A stretch of 30,721 nt of DNA from a candidate division WOR-3 bacterium (GTDB lineage Bacteria > Hydrothermota > Hydrothermia > JBDRYB01), in NCBI GenBank assembly GCA_039803205.1, contig JBDRYB010000022.1:1-30721 (forward strand). The letters run 5' to 3'. A program made the position numbers and the translations under genes. Under the pieces are notes generated by a model. That model did not search any database, was not told the DNA's origin, and saw only the letters and a list, made by a program, of their open reading frames with translations. Each line of letters begins with the position of its first letter. Positions within the stretch are counted from its first letter, which is position 1. Shown in pieces: positions 8,501-17,542 of this stretch.

Positions 8501-9916
8501 ACTAAGGAGCATGGCCTTGCCGACAGAGGATTCATAGAGGCTGTTCCCGTGACAGGAGACGAGGTAGCTGAAGAACCCCGCAGGGTTTCTGAGCCTGTAA
8601 GCATTCTCAAGGTCAAAGGTGATCCCCGCGCTCTTGTCAATCAATATTCTCCACCAGTTTCCGTGGCCTATCATGAACAGGTAGCTTGGGCCCTGGTTCA
8701 AGGTGTCCGTCAGCTCCTGAACTGTTATGTCGTGGCCGATGTTCGCCTCGTAAAGGCTATCTATCCTGAAGAAGGAGGGAAAACGCTTCGCTATTCTCCT
8801 TCCATAGTATATCCCATCTCCGGATGAGAAAAGGTCGCAAGCATTGATCGTTCCCCTCGTCGGGAATTCAGGGGCCTCAGTCTCATACCTGATGAGCTTA
8901 GATATGTATGCCTCGGCCTCAGAGGGCTGGCTAACAGGGACCCTGGAAACGAACACATCCGGAAGGAGATCGATCGTATCAGGCCACTCTCCCCAATAGT
9001 TGTCCCCATCAGGGTTCCAATCCCCATCAAGGCAAGCGTAATAAAGGTCAGTTGGGACGCTATCCCCATACTCTGGGTATCCCATGGGTTGATAAGCGAG
9101 GCGCATGGGAACGACATGCTGGTTTCCTCCTATGAGGACGAAAGAGACATTCCAGACCTCGTATGCGTGCTTTATGAAGTTTCTTATCCTTTCCTGTGGG
9201 TCAACCCCTGGATATACCGCGGTTATCCATTCGGTCGTGAAGAGCTCCGCTCGCATGCCCTTTGCCCTTCTCCAATCAACGAGCCTTTGAAAGCTGGGTG
9301 CGAGGGCCTCGGATGTTATAATGATGTAGTCGGTTCCCCAGGCGGGACCGGGCGTAACCCCGGGGTTCTCCACGAGGTTGTTTATGAATGCGGCCCAAGG
9401 GCCTGTGGCCCGTTTCGGCCCAGCGCTTCCCTCGGTGTAGAATATGCGAACGCGGAAGCTCTCGTTGAACCAGAGCTCTCGGCTATCCAGGTCGTATGTC
9501 AGGGGAAGTATTCTGAGGATCGCTATCCTTTCCCCTCGCATATCCCCAACATATCCCAGCTCTGCTGGTGATTTCGGGAATCTTCCCGTCGTTATCTTTG
9601 GAGGAACGCTGTCCGGCCTAGGAAGATCCGGTATCCTCGGCCACTGAAGGGTTGGGATATTGACCCTTTCTGCGAGCTTGAAACACCGCACTTGGTCAAC
9701 GACTATGCTGTCAACCCTTGCACCAGAAGGCAACAGGAGGAATCTTTCTAGAACCGGAAGCTCTGGTTCCCCAAGGTCCCTCCCCGGGAACGCGCCCTCA
9801 TATCTGACGAGGCTCTTATCATCTTTGGCCTCCACTGAGACCTTGGCTGGGTCCACTCGCACCGCATAATCCAGGTAGCCAGTGGACCCTATCAGGATTG
9901 TGAGTAGCCCTTTCAT
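5519..9916 (-). CDS. Peptidase C25 (gingipain-like) with propeptide, Ig/FnIII-like domains, FG-GAP/VCBS repeats and a T9SS type-A C-terminal sorting domain
   Basis: Propeptide G.PELP motif; YIIIT, FVLIG, VPTDLYYACLDGDW and V.RVP motifs; catalytic MIGHG (His) and LVSC (Cys); YNLMGDP; multiple D(L/V)xGDGxxE repeats; C-terminal YPNPF...LYDVSGR...SGVYFLRL...KKITKIR. GGAGGT RBS. Confidence 0.92.
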   Translation of the reverse strand: MKGLLTILIGSTGYLDYAVRVDPAKVSVEAKDDKSLVRYEGAFPGRDLGEPELPVLERFLLLPSGARVDSIVVDQVRCFKLAERVNIPTLQWPRIPDLPRPDSVPPKITTGRFPKSPAELGYVGDMRGERIAILRILPLTYDLDSRELWFNESFRVRIFYTEGSAGPKRATGPWAAFINNLVENPGVTPGPAWGTDYIIITSEALAPSFQRLVDWRRAKGMRAELFTTEWITAVYPGVDPQERIRNFIKHAYEVWNVSFVLIGGNQHVVPMRLAYQPMGYPEYGDSVPTDLYYACLDGDWNPDGDNYWGEWPDTIDLLPDVFVSRVPVSQPSEAEAYISKLIRYETEAPEFPTRGTINACDLFSSGDGIYYGRRIAKRFPSFFRIDSLYEANIGHDITVQELTDTLNQGPSYLFMIGHGNWWRILIDKSAGITFDLENAYRLRNPAGFFSYLVSCHGNSLYESSVGKAMLLSPTGGSVVSLGSGKLDFADYGTLMAESVFVNILSRGLFYAGQADLTAKSGWAGMATTSPMARHLLFAYNLMGDPATELWTGEPKAFECSYDTVVGRRFEVRVTWQGKPVPGATVTLTGPGTHEIEQTDARGGAVFEGLAIPDDTVQMTVTSHDFRPYLARVPVLHAGSILSVSLSTWPEGTIPMAGDTFRVRLSLRNTGTRPTGPLNCTVRSDTLSTLLPLVERTAAPMGPGGLTFRLTNISAGEEKVLWFDAVASENTPPTAYLSFWVISEWPDASRIDSFRLMAYGPSVELAGMKWNDEGGTRHVYPDVMNSGQAPARKVACYAILGSDTLAKIKLGRVGPGEHTGYRRHLVIPQSISSLTLLLEIGGGSHKAYSVVLRDPPPSPVSVKAFPEQGGVRLTWAKQSGAKFYRVYRAGSREGPYELVSSAVSEASFLDMLGDDRVYYWKVSSCDQYLNEGEPSEPVSERRNPNPGPFNPVYLPGIGYPWAQAFELDPARPGKEIVVAGLKDYIHLLGADGEELPGWPKQFPGASIYATPVIGDVTGDGVPEIIASVSFPEGSYIYAFGADGSVAESWPRFVEGGRVIFLMMGDLNGDGNPELIAKDERGFLHQFRSDPSEDSHHNPGASGTLFPAIADLDGDGKAEILDCHYDPQTYKGLLHAFKPDWTEIKGFPAWIDSIAPVSGGISIAELNPSYPGPEIVLVAGNGGAGTYIGVLTSAGCLIRPPSRLSPIQANTPPTISDVNGDGKPDVIVMIKESLIVCSEDGVPRVRKEVRKHAEWWPGSCHPVTLDLDGDGDEEIFFGSFNGFLHGVDGEGRPVPGFPINLSMGAGWAGNIIFSAPSLSDLEGDGSLNMILPSCARYLYSWETGGSSSWPSPRHDPWNTGFREFVLPDAKALASGQSDDRPSLALYSPYPNPFRNETLISYSLPDESHVSLRLYDVSGRRVKEIVSGKEGPGFHALVVDTRDLASGVYFLRLDHPKGRFTKKITKIR

Positions 9917-10153
9917 TTTTCACCTCCAAAGCTCTTATTTTGTTCACGCGGTTTAGGATATAAAGTTCCCCCAAGACTTTCAAGGGTCAAAAACCGCACA
10001 ATTTTTGTTCCTCGTCCGGCAGAGGATTTCGTTGAGCTAGTTCGTTTCCGGTTTTTTACGGGTAGCCCACTTTGCCCGGAGAGCCTCGCGAACAAAGAAC
10101 TCTTTTTCCGCGCGACGCATCATCCATTATAATTTGAACCTGAGGGAGGCAGT

Positions 10154-11098
10154 ATGAAGAGGCTTTTGTCTGCAATAATACTCATGGTCCTCGGCGCATG
10201 CGGGAATCCAGGAGGCCAAACCCCATACAATTACCCAGAGAGGATAGTGGATAGCCTTGAGGTTTCCGGAGAGGTTTGGGATATAGGGGTTTCTGGAGGG
10301 GTCCTCTATGTCCTGTTCAAGGATACTCTTGGTTCATGGAGGGTAGGCTTCTACAACAACCTGGACCTATCCGAGCTCGCAAATTTGGCCCCCGGAAACG
10401 ACGGCCTGGGTTTTTCATCCTCGGCTGTAGGAATAGGGAAGTTGTATGTCTCGTTTGCCGGTGCTTATTCTGACAGCGCCCATATCGTCGTCATTAACCT
10501 CACTGGATACTCGGTGGATACGGAACTTCTGGCGCCCGGAGCGTGGGGTCCCATGGCTATGGGCTCTGGAAAGCTTTATTATCTCTCTGATAGTAATGGG
10601 ATCCTCTACTGTTTAGACCCATCAACAGGAGCGGTGACAGAGTCCCAATCACAAATAACCCCATTGGTTGTAGGGGACATAATTTATGTTACCGGATATG
10701 GGTTTTTCGTTACTGACCAGCACGGAAACACCCTATACCTAATAGATGAATTGGGCATACTGCTTGACAGCTGGGGGGTTGACAACTCGCCCCAAAAGAT
10801 AGCTTGGGATGGCTATAGGGCTCTCCTCACCGCTGGCCCGGGCCTCTGTCCTGTTTCGCTTTCCGTGGGGAAACTCCCAACACTTATATTCCCAGATGCC
10901 AAGGCTGTGGCCGTGAGTCCGGATACTCAGATAATACTTGTCGGCTACAGGGATGGCGTTGCATCGGTTAGCGTGAACGAGCTTGAGGACCTGGGCACTG
11001 CCCCTACACCGTTTTCCATAAACCTTTTGGCTCCGGCTGGGCCTGCCAGGGCATTCGCCTCAGCCTGGGGTAAATCCAAGGTTTATCTTCTAGAATGA
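10154..11098 (+). CDS. Lipoprotein with a YncE-like beta-propeller, function unknown
   Basis: Lipobox VLGA-C16 and repeated beta-blade patterns (GKLYVS, GKLYYL, PQKIAWDG, AVAVSPD). TATAAT at 10128-10133 and a GGAGG RBS. Confidence 0.75.
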   Translation: MKRLLSAIILMVLGACGNPGGQTPYNYPERIVDSLEVSGEVWDIGVSGGVLYVLFKDTLGSWRVGFYNNLDLSELANLAPGNDGLGFSSSAVGIGKLYVSFAGAYSDSAHIVVINLTGYSVDTELLAPGAWGPMAMGSGKLYYLSDSNGILYCLDPSTGAVTESQSQITPLVVGDIIYVTGYGFFVTDQHGNTLYLIDELGILLDSWGVDNSPQKIAWDGYRALLTAGPGLCPVSLSVGKLPTLIFPDAKAVAVSPDTQIILVGYRDGVASVSVNELEDLGTAPTPFSINLLAPAGPARAFASAWGKSKVYLLE

Positions 11099-11556
11099 GC
11101 TCAAATCTGGCTTTAGCAAAGCTGTTCTGGGAAATGGCTCAGGCGGCCCTGTATCTCCGCGAGGACGAGTTCGTCGCCAGGGCATACAGGTCAGCATACG
11201 AGATCATAAAGAACTTCCCCGGCGACCTCAGGGAGTTTTACGAAAACGAGGGCAAGGATGGGCTCATGTCCATAAAGGGAATAGGCCCGGCAATAGCCTC
11301 TAAGATAGCCGAATACTTCCAGACCGGCCGCATAAAAAAACACGATGAGCTTCTCTCCGCTGTGCCGCCGGGCGCGCTGGCGCTCATGCGGCTGAAAGGC
11401 ATAGGCCCAGCAACTGCCCGAAGGCTTCACGATGACCTGGGGATCACTGGGCCAGAGGAGCTCGCGGAGGCGATCTCATCGGGGAGACTTGAAGGGGTCC
11501 CTGGTTTCGGTAAGGCAAGGATAAACGCTCTGAGAAAGGCGTTGGGTTTGGAGTGA
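11095..11556 (+). CDS. Stand-alone helix-hairpin-helix protein matching the N-terminal (8 kDa lyase + fingers) part of family X DNA polymerase
   Basis: N..LA..F.EMA, RAYR.A, IKGIGPAIASKI.E...TG, LKGIGP.TARRL..DLGI and VPGFG motifs. Ends before the palm and PHP domains. Confidence 0.85.
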   Translation: MSSNLALAKLFWEMAQAALYLREDEFVARAYRSAYEIIKNFPGDLREFYENEGKDGLMSIKGIGPAIASKIAEYFQTGRIKKHDELLSAVPPGALALMRLKGIGPATARRLHDDLGITGPEELAEAISSGRLEGVPGFGKARINALRKALGLE

Positions 11557-11559
11557 TGC

Positions 11560-11589
11560 TTGATCCTCTCTCCCCTCTCATCTTATAAT
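11560..11589 (+). promoter_or_regulatory. Promoter of the substrate-binding protein gene (possibly also lnt and downstream genes)
   Basis: TTGATC, 18 bp, TATAAT, followed by an AAGGAGG RBS. Confidence 0.7.
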
Positions 11590-11615
11590 ATTCGGACGGA
11601 TTAAAGGAGGCTTGA

Positions 11616-12611
11616 ATGAGCCAAAAGGCTATAACCCGTATTCTCATCGTTGTGAATTTGATACTCATGGTTATCCTGTTCGTCATACTCTGGCTTCCGG
11701 GCAGGGTTCGTAAGGGACCCGAGGAGGCCAGGCTCTATTTCATGAGGGATATCTCATCCTTACCGTTCTGGATCGCACAAGAGAAGGGCTTCTTTGATTC
11801 GGTCGGGGTCAAGATAAGGGCCGAGGAGGTTGTAAGGGTAGGGGATGAGATAGCCATGGTTAGGAGGGGAACGGTTGTCCTCGGGGTTGGTTTTCCGTGG
11901 GACGCTCTGGTGGGCAAGGCTGATACTGGACTGGTTAATTTCAGGGTCGTCTATTCCCTGTTTGGCACCCCAGAGAAGCCAGCGACTGCCCTCATTTCCA
12001 TGAAGGGTTTTGGGGTTGCGAGACTCAATGATCTGACCGGTAAGAGGATAGGATACTGGCAGGACACCAGGGAAGCCCTGGAGATTCCAGCCATATTGCT
12101 ATCCTTGGGGGTTGACACCTCCGGAATAAAGATGGTTGCCCTTTCCTCAGGGGAGATGCCCACCGCCTTTGCCGATAACCGTTGCGATGCCATGCTCGTT
12201 TTTGAACCCATGAGAACGCAGTATCTCGCTGACTCTGCCGCCGTCATTCTTTTGGAGGATGCTTTTCTTGAGAAACACCTAGCGCCCGATGGTCGCCTAC
12301 CCGTGTCCGTCATATTCACCTCGGTCCCGAATCTGAAGCTCAGGCGAGAGGGAACTGTGAGGGCGATAAAGGCCCTGAACATGGCCGTGGATTACATGAA
12401 GGCGAATCCGGATGAGGCAAAAAGGATAGCGAGGGCGAACCTGAACCTCCCGGAGAACGCGGAGGTTCCCCTTCCGGAGTTCAGGAGGTATGATGAGGAG
12501 GATTACGCGGTAATAGAATCCTACATTAAAAGATTGAGCGAGCTCTCAGTTGTCCTTTTTGAGCCTCCTGGACTCAAGAACCTTTACCTGAGGACAACGG
12601 ACATAAAATAG
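11616..12611 (+). CDS. ABC transporter substrate-binding protein, NMT1/SsuA/TauA family
   Basis: N-terminal TM anchor, LPFWIAQEKGFF...G, DLTGKRIG, DAMLVFEP and A.DYMKANPDEA motifs. Confidence 0.85.
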   Translation: MSQKAITRILIVVNLILMVILFVILWLPGRVRKGPEEARLYFMRDISSLPFWIAQEKGFFDSVGVKIRAEEVVRVGDEIAMVRRGTVVLGVGFPWDALVGKADTGLVNFRVVYSLFGTPEKPATALISMKGFGVARLNDLTGKRIGYWQDTREALEIPAILLSLGVDTSGIKMVALSSGEMPTAFADNRCDAMLVFEPMRTQYLADSAAVILLEDAFLEKHLAPDGRLPVSVIFTSVPNLKLRREGTVRAIKALNMAVDYMKANPDEAKRIARANLNLPENAEVPLPEFRRYDEEDYAVIESYIKRLSELSVVLFEPPGLKNLYLRTTDIK

Positions 12612-12650
12612 CGACCCCCAATAGAAGAGCCGAGGAGAAATGACGATCCC

Positions 12651-14135
12651 ATGCCCAGGTTTATTCGGGGCCTTCTGAGGCTTTTGGCACTCTTGGCGGG
12701 TTTATCCCTCCTCATCCTCTCAGGCCCCCCGTTTCTCGTTTTCCCTCTGGGCTTCCTGGCGCTCCTGCCCCTCCTTTGGGTCTGGGAAACATCGGCGAGC
12801 CACGGAAGGGCGTTTCTTTGGGCTTTCTTCTCCGGAACCATATTCTATCTCTTCCACCTCAATTGGATACCCTATATGATCACGGATGTGCCTGTGCCAA
12901 GGTGGCTCCTGTGGCTCGGCTTGTCCCTTTTGGTCCTCTATGAGGGGGTCTGGTGGGGCATGGCTGGCGTTTTGGCAAGGCGGCTCAAAGCCTCTCCGGC
13001 CTGGATAGGGGCCCCTGGTTTTGCCGCTTGCTGGACCCTCCTTGAATACATCCGGGCCCACATGGCTGATTTCTCCTTTCCTTGGGCTCCTCTCTGGGTT
13101 CCAGCGCTCGCTGATCCTCCGCTTGCCTCATCGGCCGCATTCTGGGGGTCTTTTGGAATAAGTTTCACGATAGCCCTTATCAACTCCCTCTTATACAGGG
13201 CCGCGCGCGCCCGGTCGTGGAAGCCGATCCTTTGGGCCTTTGGGCTCGTCGTTCTATCACACTCAATCAGCCTTATCCCAAATGGAACTCGCAAGATCGG
13301 GTGGATCAGGGTCGCCATCGTCCAACCTAACATCCTCTTGGAGGCCTGGCCAGAGGTAGAGGAGAGCTACACGCCTCTTGCTGATAGCCTTTCGGGAAAA
13401 GGGATCCAGCTTGTGATTCTTCCAGAATCGGCATTCCCTGGCCCGCTGAGATATTCGGGAAGGGTTCAGGCCCTTGCCTCGCTCATAGCTAGAAGCGCGG
13501 GAGCGCCAGTGGTTTTGGCCTCGTGGGACAAGGAGGTCAAAAGATATTACAATACTGTTTTCTTGGTCAGCAAGGAAGGCAGGGTTCTTGACCGGTATGA
13601 CAAGGTCATCCTGGTTCCATTTGGCGAGCACTATCCCTTTCACGAGCATCTCCCTGATTTTATAACCAGAATTGATATTGGGGTGGGGGATTACTCGGCG
13701 GGCAAAGAAGTAAAACCCATCCGGACGGACTCGGTATTGCTTGGGCCTTATATCTGCTACGAATCGCTGTTCCCCGATGTGGCCAGAACCCAGGCCCTCT
13801 CAGGGGCCATGCTTCTCCTTAACCTTACGAACGATGGCTGGTTCGGAACATCCCTCGGCCCAACCGAACACTTTCACCTCGGGAGGCTCCGGGCCCCTGA
13901 GACCGGAAGGTTCATACTGAGGGCTGGCAAGACAGGGATAAGCGCGATAATTGATGATAAGGCCAGGATCGTTAGGAGACTCGGCCTCCTTGAGAGGGGC
14001 ATAATTGTTTCGGATGTTCCCCTCGTTGAAGGGAAAACCCCCTACATGATCCTCGGGGATTGGCCAGCCATTCTCTCAGTATTGATACTGGTCGGGGCCC
14101 TGTTTTATACTTTCAGAAAGGAAGGTGAGAGATGA
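12651..14135 (+). CDS. lnt: Apolipoprotein N-acyltransferase
   Basis: Multi-TM N-terminus, FPW, VQPNI, catalytic triad PESA / DKVILVPFGE / ICYES, NDGWFG and TGISA motifs. Confidence 0.96.
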   Translation: MPRFIRGLLRLLALLAGLSLLILSGPPFLVFPLGFLALLPLLWVWETSASHGRAFLWAFFSGTIFYLFHLNWIPYMITDVPVPRWLLWLGLSLLVLYEGVWWGMAGVLARRLKASPAWIGAPGFAACWTLLEYIRAHMADFSFPWAPLWVPALADPPLASSAAFWGSFGISFTIALINSLLYRAARARSWKPILWAFGLVVLSHSISLIPNGTRKIGWIRVAIVQPNILLEAWPEVEESYTPLADSLSGKGIQLVILPESAFPGPLRYSGRVQALASLIARSAGAPVVLASWDKEVKRYYNTVFLVSKEGRVLDRYDKVILVPFGEHYPFHEHLPDFITRIDIGVGDYSAGKEVKPIRTDSVLLGPYICYESLFPDVARTQALSGAMLLLNLTNDGWFGTSLGPTEHFHLGRLRAPETGRFILRAGKTGISAIIDDKARIVRRLGLLERGIIVSDVPLVEGKTPYMILGDWPAILSVLILVGALFYTFRKEGER

Positions 14136-14689
14136 AACGCTTCATACCCTTTGTCTTGATCTGGGTCGTCCCTACGCTCGCTCAGGAGACTAAGCCGGTC
14201 GGGCCGCCAGATGAGATAATAGGCCCTGGCAAGGGCGAGACCACGAGAATGGCCTACGGGCTTTACGGGGGCGGAATATATGCACCTCGTCTGATAAACG
14301 GATTTGGCGGCGGCGGAGGCGGCCTCATGACCATAGGCTCATTCTGGGAGCCGGCCTCGGTTGCCATCCTCGCTGGCGCTTATGCTGGTGGAGGCAACAT
14401 GGGTGCCCTGATGAACTTCTCGGCCCGGCAGAGGCTCATCCAGTCCAGGGGCAAGGCCTTTGATGCTTACAGCGGATTCGGGTTCGGGGTTCACTTCACC
14501 CCCGAGTTCTTCGGCGAGAGCTACAACATGAGCGGGATCTCGGCCGGAATATTCCTGGACCTCGGCGCGCACAGGGAGATAACCGAGGAGGTTTCCCTTT
14601 GGTTCCAGACCGAGTATGGCATCATAAACTCAAGGGGAACCCCGAATTACCTCCAGCTAACGGCAGGCATCCTGATATTCGGCAGATAA
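14132..14689 (+). CDS. Putative small outer-membrane beta-barrel protein
   Basis: Signal peptide MKRFIPFVLIWVVPTLA|Q, Gly/aromatic alternating strands (YSGFGFG, FLDLGA, WFQTEYG) and a C-terminal YLQLTAGILIF strand. Confidence 0.65.
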   Translation: MKRFIPFVLIWVVPTLAQETKPVGPPDEIIGPGKGETTRMAYGLYGGGIYAPRLINGFGGGGGGLMTIGSFWEPASVAILAGAYAGGGNMGALMNFSARQRLIQSRGKAFDAYSGFGFGVHFTPEFFGESYNMSGISAGIFLDLGAHREITEEVSLWFQTEYGIINSRGTPNYLQLTAGILIFGR

Positions 14690-14730
14690 CAAGAATGCCC
14701 TCTGATTTCTTAACTAAGAGCAAATAGAGG

Positions 14731-16089
14731 ATGGCCCGGACCCCTCCTTTTTCACCAGAGGCAGAAAGGAGCGTCCTCGGTTCCATGCTCCTTTCGGAAT
14801 CAGCCTTCCTTGAGGGCATTGAGACCCTCAAGGAGAGCGACTTCTACCTCGTGGAACACCGGAGGATATTCCGGGCCATGCTGAGGCTTTTCGAGAGGAG
14901 AACGAATGTTGACCCGATAACCGTCGCGGATGAGCTTGAGAGGGAAGGGGCGCTTGAGCAGATCGGCGGGAGGGCATACATATCCTCCCTCATGGACTCA
15001 GTGATCTCCCCATCCCTCATAAATGACCACGCGACCCTTGTTCAGGAGAAATCCGTCTACCGAAAGGTGATAGAGGTTACAGAGCAGATCCTCGCTGAGG
15101 CATACAGGGGAGAGCGCCCTGCGGATGAGCTCCTTGATCTCGCTGAGAACCGCATCTTTGAAATAAGACAGGGCCGCATAAGGGGGGAGTTCGTCCATGT
15201 TGGTGAGGTAGGGGAGAGGGTTTTTAGGAATATAGAGACGATATCATCTGGGCCGGGCGCTGTCCCTGGCGCGAGGACAGGTTTCCGAGACCTTGATGAG
15301 CTTACCCTCGGTTTCAGGAACGGAAGCATGGTAGTGTTGGCCTCCAGGCCCTCTGTGGGCAAGACCAGCTTCATGCTCAACATCCACTATCACATCTCAT
15401 GCGGCGAGCACGCTGTTCCCTCAGCGATATTCACGCTTGAGACAGGCGTTGAGGAGCTCGTAATCCGATTCCTCTCCATGATCTCGAGGGTTGATTCAAG
15501 AAAGATACAGACCGGCAGGCTCTCGAGGGAGGATAAGGCGAAGTTGGCTGAAGCTGTTTCGGTTTTGAAGAGGGCCCCCATATTCCTGGATGCCACCCCT
15601 TCCATATCCCTGACCGAGATAAGGGCAAAGGCTAGGAGGATAGTGAGGGATGAGGGGGTGAGGCTCATATCAGTAGACTACATGCAGCTCATCAGGGGGC
15701 CTCGTAGCGAGAACAGGCAAATAGAGGTCACTATGGTATCCCAGAGCCTTAAGGCTCTGGCCAGGGAGATGAACATACCCATCCTTGTTTTATCCCAATT
15801 GTCCCGGTCGCCTGAGAGGAGAGAAGATGCTACGCCCCGGCTCTCTGACCTAAGGGAATCTGGCTCAATTGAGCAGGACGCTGACATCGTTATGTTCCTG
15901 CACAGGCCAGTAGCATATGCCCAAACCTCACCCGCGGGGAACATAATTGAGGTTATAGTAAGCAAGAATAGAAACGGACCCGTTGGTAAAACTAGGCTTA
16001 CATTCCTGAAAGAATGCACTAGGTTTGAATCCTACGCTGAGGAAGGATTCGTGGATTACTCGGAGTTCGGGGAGGACCTCTCCTTCTGA
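14731..16089 (+). CDS. dnaB: Replicative DNA helicase
   Basis: PP.S.EAERSVLG, TGF.DLD, Walker A ASRPSVGKT, VDYMQL, LSQLSR, DLRESGSIEQDAD and KNRNGP motifs. No intein. Confidence 0.98.
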   Translation: MARTPPFSPEAERSVLGSMLLSESAFLEGIETLKESDFYLVEHRRIFRAMLRLFERRTNVDPITVADELEREGALEQIGGRAYISSLMDSVISPSLINDHATLVQEKSVYRKVIEVTEQILAEAYRGERPADELLDLAENRIFEIRQGRIRGEFVHVGEVGERVFRNIETISSGPGAVPGARTGFRDLDELTLGFRNGSMVVLASRPSVGKTSFMLNIHYHISCGEHAVPSAIFTLETGVEELVIRFLSMISRVDSRKIQTGRLSREDKAKLAEAVSVLKRAPIFLDATPSISLTEIRAKARRIVRDEGVRLISVDYMQLIRGPRSENRQIEVTMVSQSLKALAREMNIPILVLSQLSRSPERREDATPRLSDLRESGSIEQDADIVMFLHRPVAYAQTSPAGNIIEVIVSKNRNGPVGKTRLTFLKECTRFESYAEEGFVDYSEFGEDLSF

Positions 16090-17087
16090 TGGCAAAGGTT
16101 CTCGTTGCCGGCGGAGCGGGCTACATAGGCTCACATGTAGCGCTTTTGCTCTCGCGGAGAGGATACGACCCCATCATCTACGATAACATGTCAGGCGGAC
16201 ACCCTTGGGCTGTGACCGGAGACCTGATAAAGGGCGATATCAGGGATAGGCCTCTTCTTTCTGCTGTGCTTGATGATTTCAAGCCCATAGCCATAATGCA
16301 CTTCGCGGGCCTAATATTGGTCGGGGAATCCATGGAAAAACCCGAGCTGTATTTCTCCAACAATGTGGCCGGAAGCCTAAACCTGATTGAGCTGGCATCT
16401 GAGAGAGGCATCCCCTTCATATTCTCCTCCTCTGCCGCGGTCTACGGCACACCCCCCAGGGTTCCCATAACCGAGGATTCTCCCATGAATCCGGAGAGCG
16501 TCTACGGCGAGACAAAGCTCATGGTGGAGAGGGCACTCGCTTGGTATAGCAGGCTGAGAGGGCTTCGTTATGTTTCCCTTAGATATTTCAATGCGGCTGG
16601 TGCTTCCCCATCCGGAGGGCTCGGAGAGCTCCATCGGCCTGAGACCCACCTCATCCCGCTGTGTCTGCACGCGGTAATTGGCCTGAGAAAAAGCTTGACT
16701 CTCTTCGGGAACGATTATCCAACCCCTGACGGCACCTGCATAAGGGATTACATTCATGTTGATGACCTCGCGGAGGCTCACATACTTGCCCTTGAACACA
16801 TCCTCTCAGGCGGCGATTCCAGGGTATATAACCTTGGCTCAGAGCAGGGCCACTCAAACCTTGAGGTGATTGAGACGGTAGGCAAGATCGTTGGCATGAG
16901 TGTGCCGTGGGTCCTGGGGCCCAGAAGGCCAGGGGACCCGCCCGTTCTATTAGCGGATTCCACTAGGATAAGATCTGAGCTTGGCTGGCGGCCCAGATAC
17001 TCCCTTGAGGAGATGATAAAGCACGCTTGGGAATTCCTGAAAGCGCACGAGGGAATAGCGAGAAGGATATACGCCGAGGATCTCTGA
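16089..17087 (+). CDS. galE: UDP-glucose 4-epimerase
   Basis: GGAGYIGSH, HFAG, FSSSAAVYG, YGETK, LRYFNAAG, DGTCIRDYIHV and RRPGDP motifs. Confidence 0.96.
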   Translation: MAKVLVAGGAGYIGSHVALLLSRRGYDPIIYDNMSGGHPWAVTGDLIKGDIRDRPLLSAVLDDFKPIAIMHFAGLILVGESMEKPELYFSNNVAGSLNLIELASERGIPFIFSSSAAVYGTPPRVPITEDSPMNPESVYGETKLMVERALAWYSRLRGLRYVSLRYFNAAGASPSGGLGELHRPETHLIPLCLHAVIGLRKSLTLFGNDYPTPDGTCIRDYIHVDDLAEAHILALEHILSGGDSRVYNLGSEQGHSNLEVIETVGKIVGMSVPWVLGPRRPGDPPVLLADSTRIRSELGWRPRYSLEEMIKHAWEFLKAHEGIARRIYAEDL

Positions 17088-17106
17088 AACCCACACCCTA
17101 AAAACG

Positions 17107-17541
17107 CTACCTGTCCACTATAGTAGCGGTAAATATACCCTCACAGGCTATCTCTTCTCCAACCCTTGCCTTCCCTTTCATCTTTATTATCCTGCCCCCG
17201 AAACGAACGAGCTCCAGCTCGAGAACGAGGACATCTCCGGGTATCACGGGCCTCCTGAACTTCACCTCGTCTATGGCAACAAAATAGACAAGCTTGTGCT
17301 CACGGGCCTCAGGCGGAAACTTTGAGAACAGGAGCGCGCCGCCGGCCTGCGCGAGGGCCTCAATCTGCAGAACCCCTGGCATCACGGGCGCGCCTGGAAA
17401 GTGGCCCTGGAAATATGGTTCGTTTATGGTTACGCACTTTATCGCCACTATCCTCTCCTCGCTCATCTCCGTTATCCTGTCCACGAGAAGGAAGGGATAC
17501 CTGTGGGGCAAGCGATTCATTATCTCCCTTATATCAATCAT
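17107..17541 (-). CDS. fabZ: 3-hydroxyacyl-ACP dehydratase
   Basis: LPHRYPFLLVD, NEPYFQGHFP..PVMPGVL.IEALAQ and FRRPV.PGD motifs. Confidence 0.98.
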   Translation of the reverse strand: MIDIREIMNRLPHRYPFLLVDRITEMSEERIVAIKCVTINEPYFQGHFPGAPVMPGVLQIEALAQAGGALLFSKFPPEAREHKLVYFVAIDEVKFRRPVIPGDVLVLELELVRFGGRIIKMKGKARVGEEIACEGIFTATIVDR

Positions 17542-17542
17542 C

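Noticed and set aside
14731..16089. Possible intein in DnaB
   Set aside because: Normal length (452 aa), contiguous motifs, and no intein splice motifs.
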